Positions 17,955-27,505 of a DNA stretch of 61,860 nucleotides are shown piece after piece. Origin of the DNA: Ignavibacteriota bacterium (GTDB lineage Bacteria; Bacteroidota; Ignavibacteria; UBA10030; UBA6906). How positions within the stretch are numbered: position 1 is the stretch's first letter; the number at the start of each line of letters is the position of its first letter. The notes under the pieces were generated by a model. It was not told where the DNA came from. It saw only the letters and a program-made list of their open reading frames with translations, and did not search any database. The DNA lies in assembly GCA_003157485.1 (NCBI GenBank), contig PMJQ01000184.1:41347-103206 (forward strand). The letters run 5' to 3'. Both the position numbers and the translations under genes were made by a program.

Positions 17955-20603
17955 TTGCCGACCGTATCTCAACAAAACAGAACAGCAATATGCGGGAGGT
18001 CGGCCCTCCGGATCGCACTCATCGTTGTTACACTCCTCAGCCCGGCATACTCCTCCCGGAGCGGACAGTACCCTTTTCTGGAGAACGGCTCTCCGCTCAA
18101 CCGGGGTTCTGACAGCGGATTTCTCCTTGACACACCGACAAGAATCAAGATTGACCTTTCCGGTACCTGGGACTACGCGGTGGAGGGAGGCCCGTCCGGG
18201 ACTGTCAGGGTTCCCTCCGCGTACGACTTCAGGGGGAAGGTGGTGTTCCAGCGGGGCGTTGAGCTGACGAAAGAACAGCTCGACCAGTACAAGTTTCACA
18301 TCGTGATGCTCGGCGTGGATCATGCCGCGGAGGTGACCGTCAACGGCGAGTTCGTGACGTCGCACAGCGGCGGGTTCACGAGCTTCGTCGAGACCCTTCC
18401 CAGGGACGCCCTCCAGATCGGACACGACAATACCGTCCGTGTCACAGTCAACAACGTACTTGATCCGCGGACGACGCTTCCCGTCCGCCCCCCGGCCTGG
18501 GGGATGCGGAATTACGGCGGGATCACGCGCGACGTCTATATCCTCGGGACTCCCCCGCTCTACATTCGTGACGCGGTTATCAGGACGGAGCCGTCGGACA
18601 ACGGCGAAACCGCGAGGATCACGGTCCGTGTGAGCGCGGACGGCACGGACAGCCTCAGTGCCGTCCCCCCCGCCGACGGAGCGAAAGGGACGGCGACCGG
18701 GTGCTTTTTTGAAGTCCTTGACAAGATGTCCGGGTCGTTCGTTGCACGGAGCCCGATTGTTCCGCTTGTCAGGCGCGGCAATGAGTGGGACGAGGCGCTC
18801 ACCGCCGTTGTCCTGCAGAACCCCCGGCTCTGGAGTCCGGAGACCCCCGACCTCTACCTCATAAAATGCTACATCGAGCACAGCGCGGGGAACGAACCGC
18901 GCATTGTCGATGAATTCGACGTGGCGGCCGGGATACGGCGCATTGCCGTGGCGGGCGACCGTCTCCAGCTCAACGGGAAACGGCTTCTCGTCAAAGGGGT
19001 ATGCTGGTACGAGGACTCGCCCGCGAGGGGGAGCGCCATGACATACGAAGAACGGGAAAAGGACATCGCGCTCATCAAGACAATGGGGGCGAACCTCGTC
19101 CGGTTCATCGGGCATCCCCCGCACCCCTACATGCTCAATCTGTGCGACAGGTACGGACTCCTGGCGATGGAGGAGATCCCGCTCGTGCAGACTCCCGGGG
19201 CCGTCCTCGGGAGCGATGCGTACGCCGATCTTGCCGCAGCGAGCCTCCGGGAGATGGTCCTCCGTGACAGGAACCACCCCTCGGTTCTGGCATGGGGACT
19301 CGGCGACGAGATCGAGGCCGGCCATCCGGCCGCGCGCCCGTTCATGCAGGGCCTGGTCCGTCTCGCGCGGACGCTTGACAGCCGGCTCCTGTACTGCGCC
19401 GCGCTTCCGGGGGAAGATTCGTGCACGTCGCTGATGGACATCGGGGCGCTCAGCGTGAACACGCAGGACATGAAGACCTTTCGGACGGAAGTCGAGCTCT
19501 GGCGCGAAGCGCACAGGCATCAGCCCCTTGTCGTCGTCAGGTTCGGAACGGAAGTGGACGCCGGCAACAGGAACGGATACAGCGATCCGCTGTCGCAGGA
19601 GGCCCAGGCCAGGTTCTACCTGCAGAGGTTTGACATGCTGCGGTCGATCGATTGTGACGGGGGGATCGTCTGGTCGTTCAACGACTGGAAGGGGGACAGG
19701 CCGTCGCTCAGCGTCCGTTCGGGGGACCCCTGGATGCACACGACCGGGCTGGTCAGCGCGGGTCGCGACAAGCGGCTTGCGTTCGACGCGGTACGCTCCG
19801 TCTTTCACGGGGAGAAATTCGTGGCGCTTCCCGCCGGAGCGCACACGACGGAGTCACCCATTATCTACGTCCTGGCGGGATTTGTCCTTCTCGTCGGCAT
19901 GGCGTACGTCTACAACACGAGCCGCCGCTTCCGTGAATCCCTGAACCGTTCGGTGCTGAACTCTTACAACTTCTTCGCGGATGTCCGCGATCAGCGCATC
20001 GTCTCTTCCGGGCACAGCACGCTCCTTGGCGCGGTTGTCGCGCTCGCGGTCGCCGTCTCGATGTCGAGCATCCTGTACAGGTTCCGCGGCAGCATGCTTC
20101 TGGACGCGGCGCTCTCCTGCCTCCTCGTCAGCGATGGTGCGAAGGCGGCCGCGGTGAGCCTCATCTGGCACCCGCTCCGGTTCATCGGCGCGTTCGCGGT
20201 CCTCGTCTTCGTCCTGCTCCTCCTCGTCGCGCTCATCGTGAGGCTCCTCCGCGCGTTTGTCCGCGCGCGCATCTACGCTTATCACGCGTATACGGTGACG
20301 ATGTGGTCGACCGCACCGCTTCTTGTTCTCGTGCCGCTGGGGATGATCCTGTACAGGGTTCTCGACAGCACGGTGTACGTTATTCCGGCCTTCGCTCTCA
20401 TTGCAGTCCTGTGCGCCTGGGTGCTTCTCCGGCTTCTCAAAGGGATGTCAATCATCATGGACGTCCTGCCGGTGAAAGTCTATGTTGCGGGGATCCTTTC
20501 GGTCGCGGCGCTCTGCGCCCTCGCGTATGGCTATTACGATTACACCCAGTCGGCGCCGATGTACCTGTCGTTCGTCTATTCCACGATGGAAACTATGCAG
20601 TAG
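17955..20603 (+). CDS. GH2 (beta-glucuronidase/galactosidase-like) TIM-barrel protein with C-terminal multi-TM domain; probable pseudoenzyme
   Basis: IDLSGTWDY, LNGKRLLVKG, GANLVR, RDRNHPSVLAWGLGDE and WSFNDW; at least 5 hydrophobic helices in the last ~250 aa. Start (TTG) uncertain. Confidence 0.8.
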   Translation: MPTVSQQNRTAICGRSALRIALIVVTLLSPAYSSRSGQYPFLENGSPLNRGSDSGFLLDTPTRIKIDLSGTWDYAVEGGPSGTVRVPSAYDFRGKVVFQRGVELTKEQLDQYKFHIVMLGVDHAAEVTVNGEFVTSHSGGFTSFVETLPRDALQIGHDNTVRVTVNNVLDPRTTLPVRPPAWGMRNYGGITRDVYILGTPPLYIRDAVIRTEPSDNGETARITVRVSADGTDSLSAVPPADGAKGTATGCFFEVLDKMSGSFVARSPIVPLVRRGNEWDEALTAVVLQNPRLWSPETPDLYLIKCYIEHSAGNEPRIVDEFDVAAGIRRIAVAGDRLQLNGKRLLVKGVCWYEDSPARGSAMTYEEREKDIALIKTMGANLVRFIGHPPHPYMLNLCDRYGLLAMEEIPLVQTPGAVLGSDAYADLAAASLREMVLRDRNHPSVLAWGLGDEIEAGHPAARPFMQGLVRLARTLDSRLLYCAALPGEDSCTSLMDIGALSVNTQDMKTFRTEVELWREAHRHQPLVVVRFGTEVDAGNRNGYSDPLSQEAQARFYLQRFDMLRSIDCDGGIVWSFNDWKGDRPSLSVRSGDPWMHTTGLVSAGRDKRLAFDAVRSVFHGEKFVALPAGAHTTESPIIYVLAGFVLLVGMAYVYNTSRRFRESLNRSVLNSYNFFADVRDQRIVSSGHSTLLGAVVALAVAVSMSSILYRFRGSMLLDAALSCLLVSDGAKAAAVSLIWHPLRFIGAFAVLVFVLLLLVALIVRLLRAFVRARIYAYHAYTVTMWSTAPLLVLVPLGMILYRVLDSTVYVIPAFALIAVLCAWVLLRLLKGMSIIMDVLPVKVYVAGILSVAALCALAYGYYDYTQSAPMYLSFVYSTMETMQ

Positions 20604-20624
20604 CCGGGGAGTCCGCGGGGACGC

Positions 20625-23600
20625 ATGTATCTTTCAAAACTCGAGATTATCGGATTCAAGTCCTTTGCCAACAGGGTGAACCTTACCTTCGACAGCGGCA
20701 TTTCCGCAATCGTGGGCCCGAACGGGTGCGGGAAGACAAACATCGTCGACTCGATCCGGTGGGTTCTCGGCGAACAGCGGTACAGCGCGCTGCGCAGCGA
20801 CAAGATGGAAGACGTGATCTTCAACGGGACCAAGACGCGCAAGGCGCTCGGGATGGCCGAAGCCTCCCTTGTCATCGAGAACACAAAGGGGATACTCCCG
20901 TCCGAATACACGCAGGTGACGGTCGGGCGGCGCGTGTACCGGTCCGGCGAGAGCGAATACCTCCTGAACAAGGTCCCGTGCCGGTTGAAGGACATCCTCG
21001 ATCTTTTCATGGACACAGGGATGGGGGCCGACGCCTACTCGGTGATCGAGCTGAAGATGATCGAGACGATCCTCTCCGACAAGACCGACGAACGGCGCCG
21101 GCTCTTCGAAGAGGCGGCCGGGGTCACGAAGTACAAGCACCGGAGAAAAGCGGCGTACAGGAAACTGGAGAGCGTCCAGGACGACCTCGTTCGCGTCAAC
21201 GATATCGTTGCGGAAGTGCAGAAAGCGGTCTCCACGCTGGAGCGGCAGGCAAGGCGCGCCGAACAGTTCAACGAGGTGAAGACGAGGCTCCGTACGCTGG
21301 AGGTCGACCTGATGGAACGCGAATACGCCCAGCTCCTTGGGCGCGCCGCGCCGGTCGAGGAGAGGCTCCGGTCGTTGAACGACGACCGTTCGCGGATCGA
21401 CGTCGATCTTACGGGTGAGGAATCCCGGCTGGAGTCGCTGAGGAACCGGATGCTGGAATCGGAAAAACGCCTGGCGGAGGCCCAACGGGATGTCAGCCTT
21501 CAGCGGGAATCGATGCACCGCGTGGAGGAGAGCAACGCGGTTGCGGCGGAGAGGATGAAGGCGCTGAAGGGGAATGCCTCCCGGCTCGAGAAGGAACAGG
21601 AAGACCTGCGCCGCACGGTGGCGCGGCTGGAGGAGGAGAATCTCGCGCTCGAAGAAACGCTCGCGGAGCTTCGCGAGCGCGAATCCGCCGCCGCAGGAGT
21701 GCTGGCAGACCGGAAGGCGGCGCTCGCCGAATGCGAGGCGCGGCTCGATTCCGCGAGGACGGGGCTCCGGGCGCTCAACGACAGGACGCTCAGCCTCGTG
21801 CAGAGCGTGGCGGAGCGGCAGTCTGAGCAGGACGGGAGGAACGGCCGGGTGGAAAGCCTGAATGGGCGCTCCGCGCGGGCGGAGGAAGAGATCGCTGCAT
21901 ACGAGCAGGACATCGCGCGTCTTGACGGCGTCATCGCGGAGCTCACCGCGCAGGATCGCGCCTTGCGGAGGAAGTTCACGGAAGCGGAGATGGAGTACTA
22001 TCAGGCCGAGACGCGCAGGAAGGATCTCGCCGGCAGGATAGAGAAGATCCGCAGCCGCGAAGCGGAGCTGCAGAATGATCTGGGGAGGAAGACCGCCCGG
22101 GTGGACTTCCTGAAAGGGCTCGTCGAATCGCGGGAGGGACTCCCGGAGGGGGTCAGGTATCTTTCTTCGACCCCATCGTGGAAGCCTTCGCGCAACATCA
22201 CGGTGGCCGACGCCGTGCACGCCGCGGAGCGTTACCGGGCGGCGGTCGAAGCCGCGCTCGGAGAATACGCGGGGCTCCTCGTCGTCGAAAACAGCGCCGA
22301 GGCTGAGCGCGGGATCGCGCTCCTGAAAGAGGAGGAACGCGGAAAGGCGACGTTCGTCTGTCTTGACAGGATGCCGGACATCCGGTCCTCCGTCAGGCTT
22401 CCGGCGATACCCGGCATCGTCGGCTTCGCCTCTGACATAGCGAAATGCGATGCACAGTACGCCCCGCTCTTCCGGCTGATACTCGACAGGGTCATCATCG
22501 TGGAAGACGCCGCCGCCGCCGCCGCAGTGACGCGCAGAATCCCCGGCGTCCGCTGTGTGACGCTCGACGGTGAGATCCGCACCGGTGTGGGGATACGGCG
22601 GGGGGGGAGCAGGAGGCAGGACGAGGGCGGGTTTATCGGTAAGCGCGAGCAGATTGACGAGCTCCAGGGGGACGTTGCGTCGCTCCGCGAACAGGTCCGC
22701 GCGCAGGAGGAGGAGCGGAACACCGTCGCCGCCGCACATGACACGATCGACCTGAAATCGCTGAACGAGGCGGTCAAGGCGGTCGAGAAGGAGATGAACG
22801 GTATCGAGATGAAAATCGCGCAGGTTGCGTTCGAAAAGAGCCGCGCCGCCGACATCATTGCCAGGAACAGGGAGGAAATGCAGAGCCTTGCCGCCGGCGC
22901 GGCCGAGCTCCTCGGGCAGATCGCCGCCGACGCTCCGGAGTTCACCCGGCTCGGTGAGGAGAAGGCCGCGGCCGAGCGTGCGATCGGCGCGGCGACCCGG
23001 GAGCTCGAGGTCCTTGAGGCGGAACGGAACGAACGTGCCCGGGAGATGAGCGAGGGGGAGATAGCGCTCGTGACGCTCCGGGGCGAGATGCAGAACGCGG
23101 CCGACGGCATCGCGCGGATCGGCGCCGCGACCCGGGATGCAGGCGCGCTCATCGCGCAGAAGGAGGAGGAGAAGGAGCTCGGACGGATCGCCATCGCCGC
23201 GGACGAGGCGGCCGTCGTGGAGAGCACGCGCACGCTCGAAGGCCTGCGGGAGGTTCTTGCCGTCGTTGGAGCGCGCAGGGAGGCTGTGGAACAGGAGACC
23301 GCGGGGATCCGGGACGAGATCCATGCGATCGAGCTTGCGATAAAAGACCGGCGCCGGACCCACGACGATGCGCTCCGGACGGTGCACGAGCACGAGCTCC
23401 GCCTGGCCGACCTGAAGGCGAAGGCGGAGCATATCCGGGCGCGCGCCGCGGAGGAATTCGAACTCGACCTTCAGCTCAGGACGTACCCGGAGGACGAGTT
23501 TGTGGATTTCGCCGCGCTGCGGGACGAGATTCAGGGTCTGCGCGACAAAATCAAGACACTGGGGAACATCAATTTTGCGGCGTTCGAGGAATTCACGACG

Positions 23601-24194
23601 GAGCGCGAGCGTTTGGAATTCCTCTCCACGCAGCGCCAGGATCTTCTCGAGGCCGAAAAGACGCTCCTTGCCACCATAGAAGAAATCAACGCGACCGCGC
23701 AGAAGAAGTTCCTTGACACGTTCGCCCTCATCCGGAACAACTTCATCGAGACGTTCAAGAGCCTGTTCGACCCGGGCGACGAATGCGATCTCAAACTCGA
23801 GGAAGGGGTCGATCCCCTGGAGGCGAGGATCGAGATCGTCGCCAAACCCCGGGGGAAACGCCCCACGTCGATCGACCTGCTTTCGGGAGGGGAGAAGACG
23901 CTGACCGCGACCGCGCTCCTCTTCGCGATTTATCTTGTCAAGCCGAGCCCGTTCTGCATACTGGACGAGGTGGATGCCCCGCTCGACGACGCGAACGTCG
24001 ACAGGTTCACGCGGATCCTGCGGAAGTTCTCGAACAATACACAGTTCATCGTCGTGACACACAACAAGAGGACGATGGAGGCCGCGAGCGCCCTGTACGG
24101 GGTGACGATGGAGGAAGAGGGGATTTCCAAGCTCGTCACGGTCCGGTTCACCAAGGGGTCACGGGTGGAATCGGCGGCACTGGCGTCGGCGTGA
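20625..24194 (+). CDS. smc: Chromosome segregation protein SMC
   Basis: GFKSFA, GPNGCGKTNI, coiled coils with hinge (G.RRGG), LSGGEK and CILDEVDAPLDDAN. Confidence 0.97.
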   Translation: MYLSKLEIIGFKSFANRVNLTFDSGISAIVGPNGCGKTNIVDSIRWVLGEQRYSALRSDKMEDVIFNGTKTRKALGMAEASLVIENTKGILPSEYTQVTVGRRVYRSGESEYLLNKVPCRLKDILDLFMDTGMGADAYSVIELKMIETILSDKTDERRRLFEEAAGVTKYKHRRKAAYRKLESVQDDLVRVNDIVAEVQKAVSTLERQARRAEQFNEVKTRLRTLEVDLMEREYAQLLGRAAPVEERLRSLNDDRSRIDVDLTGEESRLESLRNRMLESEKRLAEAQRDVSLQRESMHRVEESNAVAAERMKALKGNASRLEKEQEDLRRTVARLEEENLALEETLAELRERESAAAGVLADRKAALAECEARLDSARTGLRALNDRTLSLVQSVAERQSEQDGRNGRVESLNGRSARAEEEIAAYEQDIARLDGVIAELTAQDRALRRKFTEAEMEYYQAETRRKDLAGRIEKIRSREAELQNDLGRKTARVDFLKGLVESREGLPEGVRYLSSTPSWKPSRNITVADAVHAAERYRAAVEAALGEYAGLLVVENSAEAERGIALLKEEERGKATFVCLDRMPDIRSSVRLPAIPGIVGFASDIAKCDAQYAPLFRLILDRVIIVEDAAAAAAVTRRIPGVRCVTLDGEIRTGVGIRRGGSRRQDEGGFIGKREQIDELQGDVASLREQVRAQEEERNTVAAAHDTIDLKSLNEAVKAVEKEMNGIEMKIAQVAFEKSRAADIIARNREEMQSLAAGAAELLGQIAADAPEFTRLGEEKAAAERAIGAATRELEVLEAERNERAREMSEGEIALVTLRGEMQNAADGIARIGAATRDAGALIAQKEEEKELGRIAIAADEAAVVESTRTLEGLREVLAVVGARREAVEQETAGIRDEIHAIELAIKDRRRTHDDALRTVHEHELRLADLKAKAEHIRARAAEEFELDLQLRTYPEDEFVDFAALRDEIQGLRDKIKTLGNINFAAFEEFTTERERLEFLSTQRQDLLEAEKTLLATIEEINATAQKKFLDTFALIRNNFIETFKSLFDPGDECDLKLEEGVDPLEARIEIVAKPRGKRPTSIDLLSGGEKTLTATALLFAIYLVKPSPFCILDEVDAPLDDANVDRFTRILRKFSNNTQFIVVTHNKRTMEAASALYGVTMEEEGISKLVTVRFTKGSRVESAALASA

Positions 24195-24925
24195 CGGCGT
24201 CTCTGAAGCTCTTCGTCGACTTCGACGGGACGATCACGCGCGGAGACGTGGGGAACATGTTCTTCCGCGCGTTCGGAGGGGACGCCTGCGACAGCCTCGT
24301 GCGGCGTTTCCGCGCCGGGGAGATCAGCGCAAGGGAGTGCTTCCTCGGCGAAGCGGAGTCGATGGGACGGGTGGCGCCGGATGCGCTGGAACAGTTTGTC
24401 GCGGGTCAGGAAATCGACCCCTCGTTTCCCTCCCTCGTCGCGTTCTGCCGGGAGCGGGGGGTGGACATCCTCATCGTGAGCGACGGGCTCGACTTCTACA
24501 TCCGGCGGATACTTGCCGCGAACGGCTGTGCCGGCGTGCCGTTCGTCGCCAACCGCGCCTCGCTTGTCCGTCCCGGAGCTGACGGCTGTGCGGGGATTGA
24601 ACTGGCGTTTCCGCACCCCGACGCGGTGTGCGAGCGGTGCGCCTGCTGCAAACGGAACATCATGCTGAACGGTTCGGTCGACGGGGACATACTCGCATAC
24701 GTCGGGGAAGGGTTCTCCGACAGGTGCCCCGTGCGATACGCCGACATCGTATTTGCGAAAGACGTCCTTCAGACATACTGCCAGAATGAGAACATCACGT
24801 ATTATCCATACATCTCCTTTGATGATGTCGTTTCGCGGCTCCGGCTGCTCCTGGATCGCGGCAGGCTCCGCCCCCGGGCGAGGGCCGCGGCTGAGCGCCG
24901 CGCGGCTTTCCGGCATGAGTCCTGA
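24191..24925 (+). CDS. MtnX-like HAD-IB phosphatase
   Basis: GTGA overlap with smc; DFDGTIT, IVSDGLDFYI, Cys cluster CERCACCK and GEGFSDRC. Confidence 0.8.
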   Translation: MTASLKLFVDFDGTITRGDVGNMFFRAFGGDACDSLVRRFRAGEISARECFLGEAESMGRVAPDALEQFVAGQEIDPSFPSLVAFCRERGVDILIVSDGLDFYIRRILAANGCAGVPFVANRASLVRPGADGCAGIELAFPHPDAVCERCACCKRNIMLNGSVDGDILAYVGEGFSDRCPVRYADIVFAKDVLQTYCQNENITYYPYISFDDVVSRLRLLLDRGRLRPRARAAAERRAAFRHES

Positions 24926-24946
24926 TCCCGTGCGGGGACTCTGACA

Positions 24947-25552
24947 GTGGCCGGAACCGACAGTGATATCCGCAGGACGATATTCAAGTACAGGAGCTAC
25001 ACGCCGATCCCGTTCCTCCTTGTCATGATCTGGTTCGCGGAACCCTCGGTGCTGAGCCTCATCATCGGCTTTGTCGTGGTCTTTATCGGCGAGCTGATAC
25101 GTTTCTGGGGAGTCTCCATCGTCGGTGCCGAGACGCGGACGACGGGGGGAGTCGGGGGGACGTTTCTGATTACGAACGGGCCGTTTTCCTACGTGCGCAA
25201 CCCTCTGTACGTCGGCAATATGCTTCTGTATGCAGGGGTCGGGATCATGTCCATGGCCCTTTTCCCCTGGATGCTCATTGTGGCCCTCGTGTGGTTTTAC
25301 ACGCAGTATTACCTGATCGTCACGTGGGAGGAAGAATACCTGGCGGCCACCTTCGGCGGGGAGTTCGATGTCTACAGAAAAAACGTTCGAAGGTTTGTGC
25401 CCCGTCTGACTCCGTACAGGTCCTCCGTGCCGGCGGCAAAAACGGTCGACCCGTCGGAAGGACTGGCGAGCGAACGAAGGACGCTGCAGGCGATCGGTCT
25501 CGTCACGGCGCTCGTGATAGCAAAATACGTCTACTTCCACCTGAACGGGTGA
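24947..25552 (+). CDS. Isoprenylcysteine carboxylmethyltransferase (ICMT/PEMT) family membrane methyltransferase
   Basis: GPFSYVRNPLYVG and EE..L...FG.EF..Y...V.RF.P motifs; several TM helices. Confidence 0.85.
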   Translation: MAGTDSDIRRTIFKYRSYTPIPFLLVMIWFAEPSVLSLIIGFVVVFIGELIRFWGVSIVGAETRTTGGVGGTFLITNGPFSYVRNPLYVGNMLLYAGVGIMSMALFPWMLIVALVWFYTQYYLIVTWEEEYLAATFGGEFDVYRKNVRRFVPRLTPYRSSVPAAKTVDPSEGLASERRTLQAIGLVTALVIAKYVYFHLNG

Positions 25553-25556
25553 CAGG

Positions 25557-26690
25557 ATGCCCCCCCGGGTTCTCATGGTTGCGGGGGAAGCCTCCGGTGA
25601 CCTTCACGGCTCCTCCGTGGTGCGGGCGCTGAAGGCCCTCTCTCCGGGCGTAGAGGTGTCCGGGGTGGGGGGTGAGAGGATGCGTCGGGAGGGGATGGAG
25701 ATCGTCCACGACATCGCAGATCTTTCGTTCATGGGGTTTGCCGAAGTTCTCCGGAACCTGGGGACGATAAGGAGCCTGAGGCGGGAGTTGATCGGCGAGA
25801 TGGAGAGCCGGCGTCCGGATGTCGTCGTACTCATTGACTATCCCGGGTTCAATCTCCGGTTCGCCCGGGAAGTGAAGAAGAGGGGGATCCCCGTCCTGTA
25901 CTACATCAGCCCTCAGGTGTGGGCGTGGCACAGGGGACGCGTCAGGAAGATGAAGGGGATTGTCGATAGGATGAAGGTCGTATTTCCGTTTGAAGTTGAG
26001 ATCTATGCATCCGAAGGGATCGACGTCGAATTTGTCGGCCACCCTCTTGCGGAGCAGATCGGCACGACATGTACGAGGGAGGAGTTTTTCCGGCGGAACG
26101 GCCTCGACCAGGGGAAGAAGCTCATCGGACTCTTCCCCGGGTCGAGGCGCCAGGAGGTCGAGAGGATACTCCCGGTGATGGCGGAGGCGGCGCGGGACCT
26201 CTCCACGGGACGGGGTGTGCAGCCGGTGATCGGCGTCGCGCCGAATCTCGGAAGAGAATTCGTCGGGAAGTTCATCGGACCGGGAACGGGGATCGCCATG
26301 GTGGAGAACGGGACATACGACCTGATGGCGTACGCGGACGCCGCGGTCGTGACGTCCGGGACGGCAACGCTCGAGTCCGGGTGGTTCGGCACGCCGATGG
26401 CGGTCGTCTACCGAACCTCTCCTCTCACGTACGCGATCGGCCGGCTCCTTGTCAGCGTGAAATCGATCGGGCTCGTCAATATCGTGGCGGGAAGGCCCGT
26501 GGTGCCTGAATTTGTGCAGGGCGCAATGACGGCCGGTAATATCGCGGGGGCGGTCGGACGGATGCTTGACGACGCGTCAGCCGCCGCCGCGATCAGGCGG
26601 GAGCTTTCCGTCATCCGGGAGAAGCTCGGCGGGCCGGGAGCCTCCGGGCGCGTTGCCCGCGGGATACTGTCGCTTGCGGGGGGAGCATGA
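25557..26690 (+). CDS. lpxB: Lipid-A-disaccharide synthase
   Basis: VAGEASGDLHG, IDYPGFN, YYISPQVWAW, FVGHPL, PGSR..E and SGTATLE. Confidence 0.96.
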   Translation: MPPRVLMVAGEASGDLHGSSVVRALKALSPGVEVSGVGGERMRREGMEIVHDIADLSFMGFAEVLRNLGTIRSLRRELIGEMESRRPDVVVLIDYPGFNLRFAREVKKRGIPVLYYISPQVWAWHRGRVRKMKGIVDRMKVVFPFEVEIYASEGIDVEFVGHPLAEQIGTTCTREEFFRRNGLDQGKKLIGLFPGSRRQEVERILPVMAEAARDLSTGRGVQPVIGVAPNLGREFVGKFIGPGTGIAMVENGTYDLMAYADAAVVTSGTATLESGWFGTPMAVVYRTSPLTYAIGRLLVSVKSIGLVNIVAGRPVVPEFVQGAMTAGNIAGAVGRMLDDASAAAAIRRELSVIREKLGGPGASGRVARGILSLAGGA

Positions 26691-27505
26691 AAGGCGTCTT
26701 GCGCACTGCGCCGTTTGCTCTCGGGGTTCTCTTTCTTGCCTCGTGCGGGCCGTCGGGTGAATCGGGGAGAGGGACTCCGGAGACGAAGGAATCGGTGTAT
26801 CAACGCGGGCATGAGCTCTACCTGACGATGCACATGGAGGACGCGGAACGGGAACTCGCGCGCGCCGCGGCGATGGACTCCAACTATGCCGACCCGCTCG
26901 TCGATCTCGGGTCACTCTGGTTTGACAGGGGGATGAAGGCGGAGGGTGCGGTGCGTACGGAGGGATTCAGGAGGGCCAGGACATTCCTCGCGAGAGCGGA
27001 GGCGCTCGGATACCGGGAGTCGGAGGCGTATGACAGGCTCTGCGAAATCTGCACCTCTCTGGAGGATGCGCGCGGATTCCTGAAGTATGCAAAGAAGAAC
27101 GCCGAGCGGTATCCGTTCGACAGGCAGATGTATAACCTCGGGGTTGCGTATTTCGGCGTGGAAGAGTGGGCGGCGGTCTTGAAAACGGAACGGGAAGCGT
27201 CGGAGAAGTTCAGGGAGTCGCCGTACGTGGGGGCCTTCTACAGGGAGATGGGGCTCGCGTACATGAAGATGGACCGCGATCAGACCGCGGAGCGGACGCT
27301 CACCGCGGGTGTTCAGGCGGTGGACGCACGACTGGCGGCCGTCAGGAAGAGCGAAGAAGGGGGAACGTCGGATGGCAGCAGGCGCCTCCAGGACGACAAG
27401 ATCGGCATGCTCCTCCTTCTCCGGCGCCTGCATACGACGTACAGGGAGTCGGAGAAGCTCGCTCAGGTGGAACGCCAGCTCAGAGAGGCCGGCTACACAA
27501 AATAA
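26687..27505 (+). CDS. Hypothetical lipoprotein with TPR-like helical repeats
   Basis: Lipobox LFLAS-C; all-helical Ala/Leu/Tyr pattern; overlaps lpxB (ATGA) and lpxK (TAATG). Confidence 0.65.
   Translation: MKGVLRTAPFALGVLFLASCGPSGESGRGTPETKESVYQRGHELYLTMHMEDAERELARAAAMDSNYADPLVDLGSLWFDRGMKAEGAVRTEGFRRARTFLARAEALGYRESEAYDRLCEICTSLEDARGFLKYAKKNAERYPFDRQMYNLGVAYFGVEEWAAVLKTEREASEKFRESPYVGAFYREMGLAYMKMDRDQTAERTLTAGVQAVDARLAAVRKSEEGGTSDGSRRLQDDKIGMLLLLRRLHTTYRESEKLAQVERQLREAGYTK

Noticed and set aside
20634-24062. 1142-aa minus-strand ORF and similar long antisense ORFs (7892-9781, 17925-19844, 23930-25576, 49197-51401)
   Set aside because: These are shadow frames of well-supported plus-strand genes in high-GC DNA, with no recognisable motifs.
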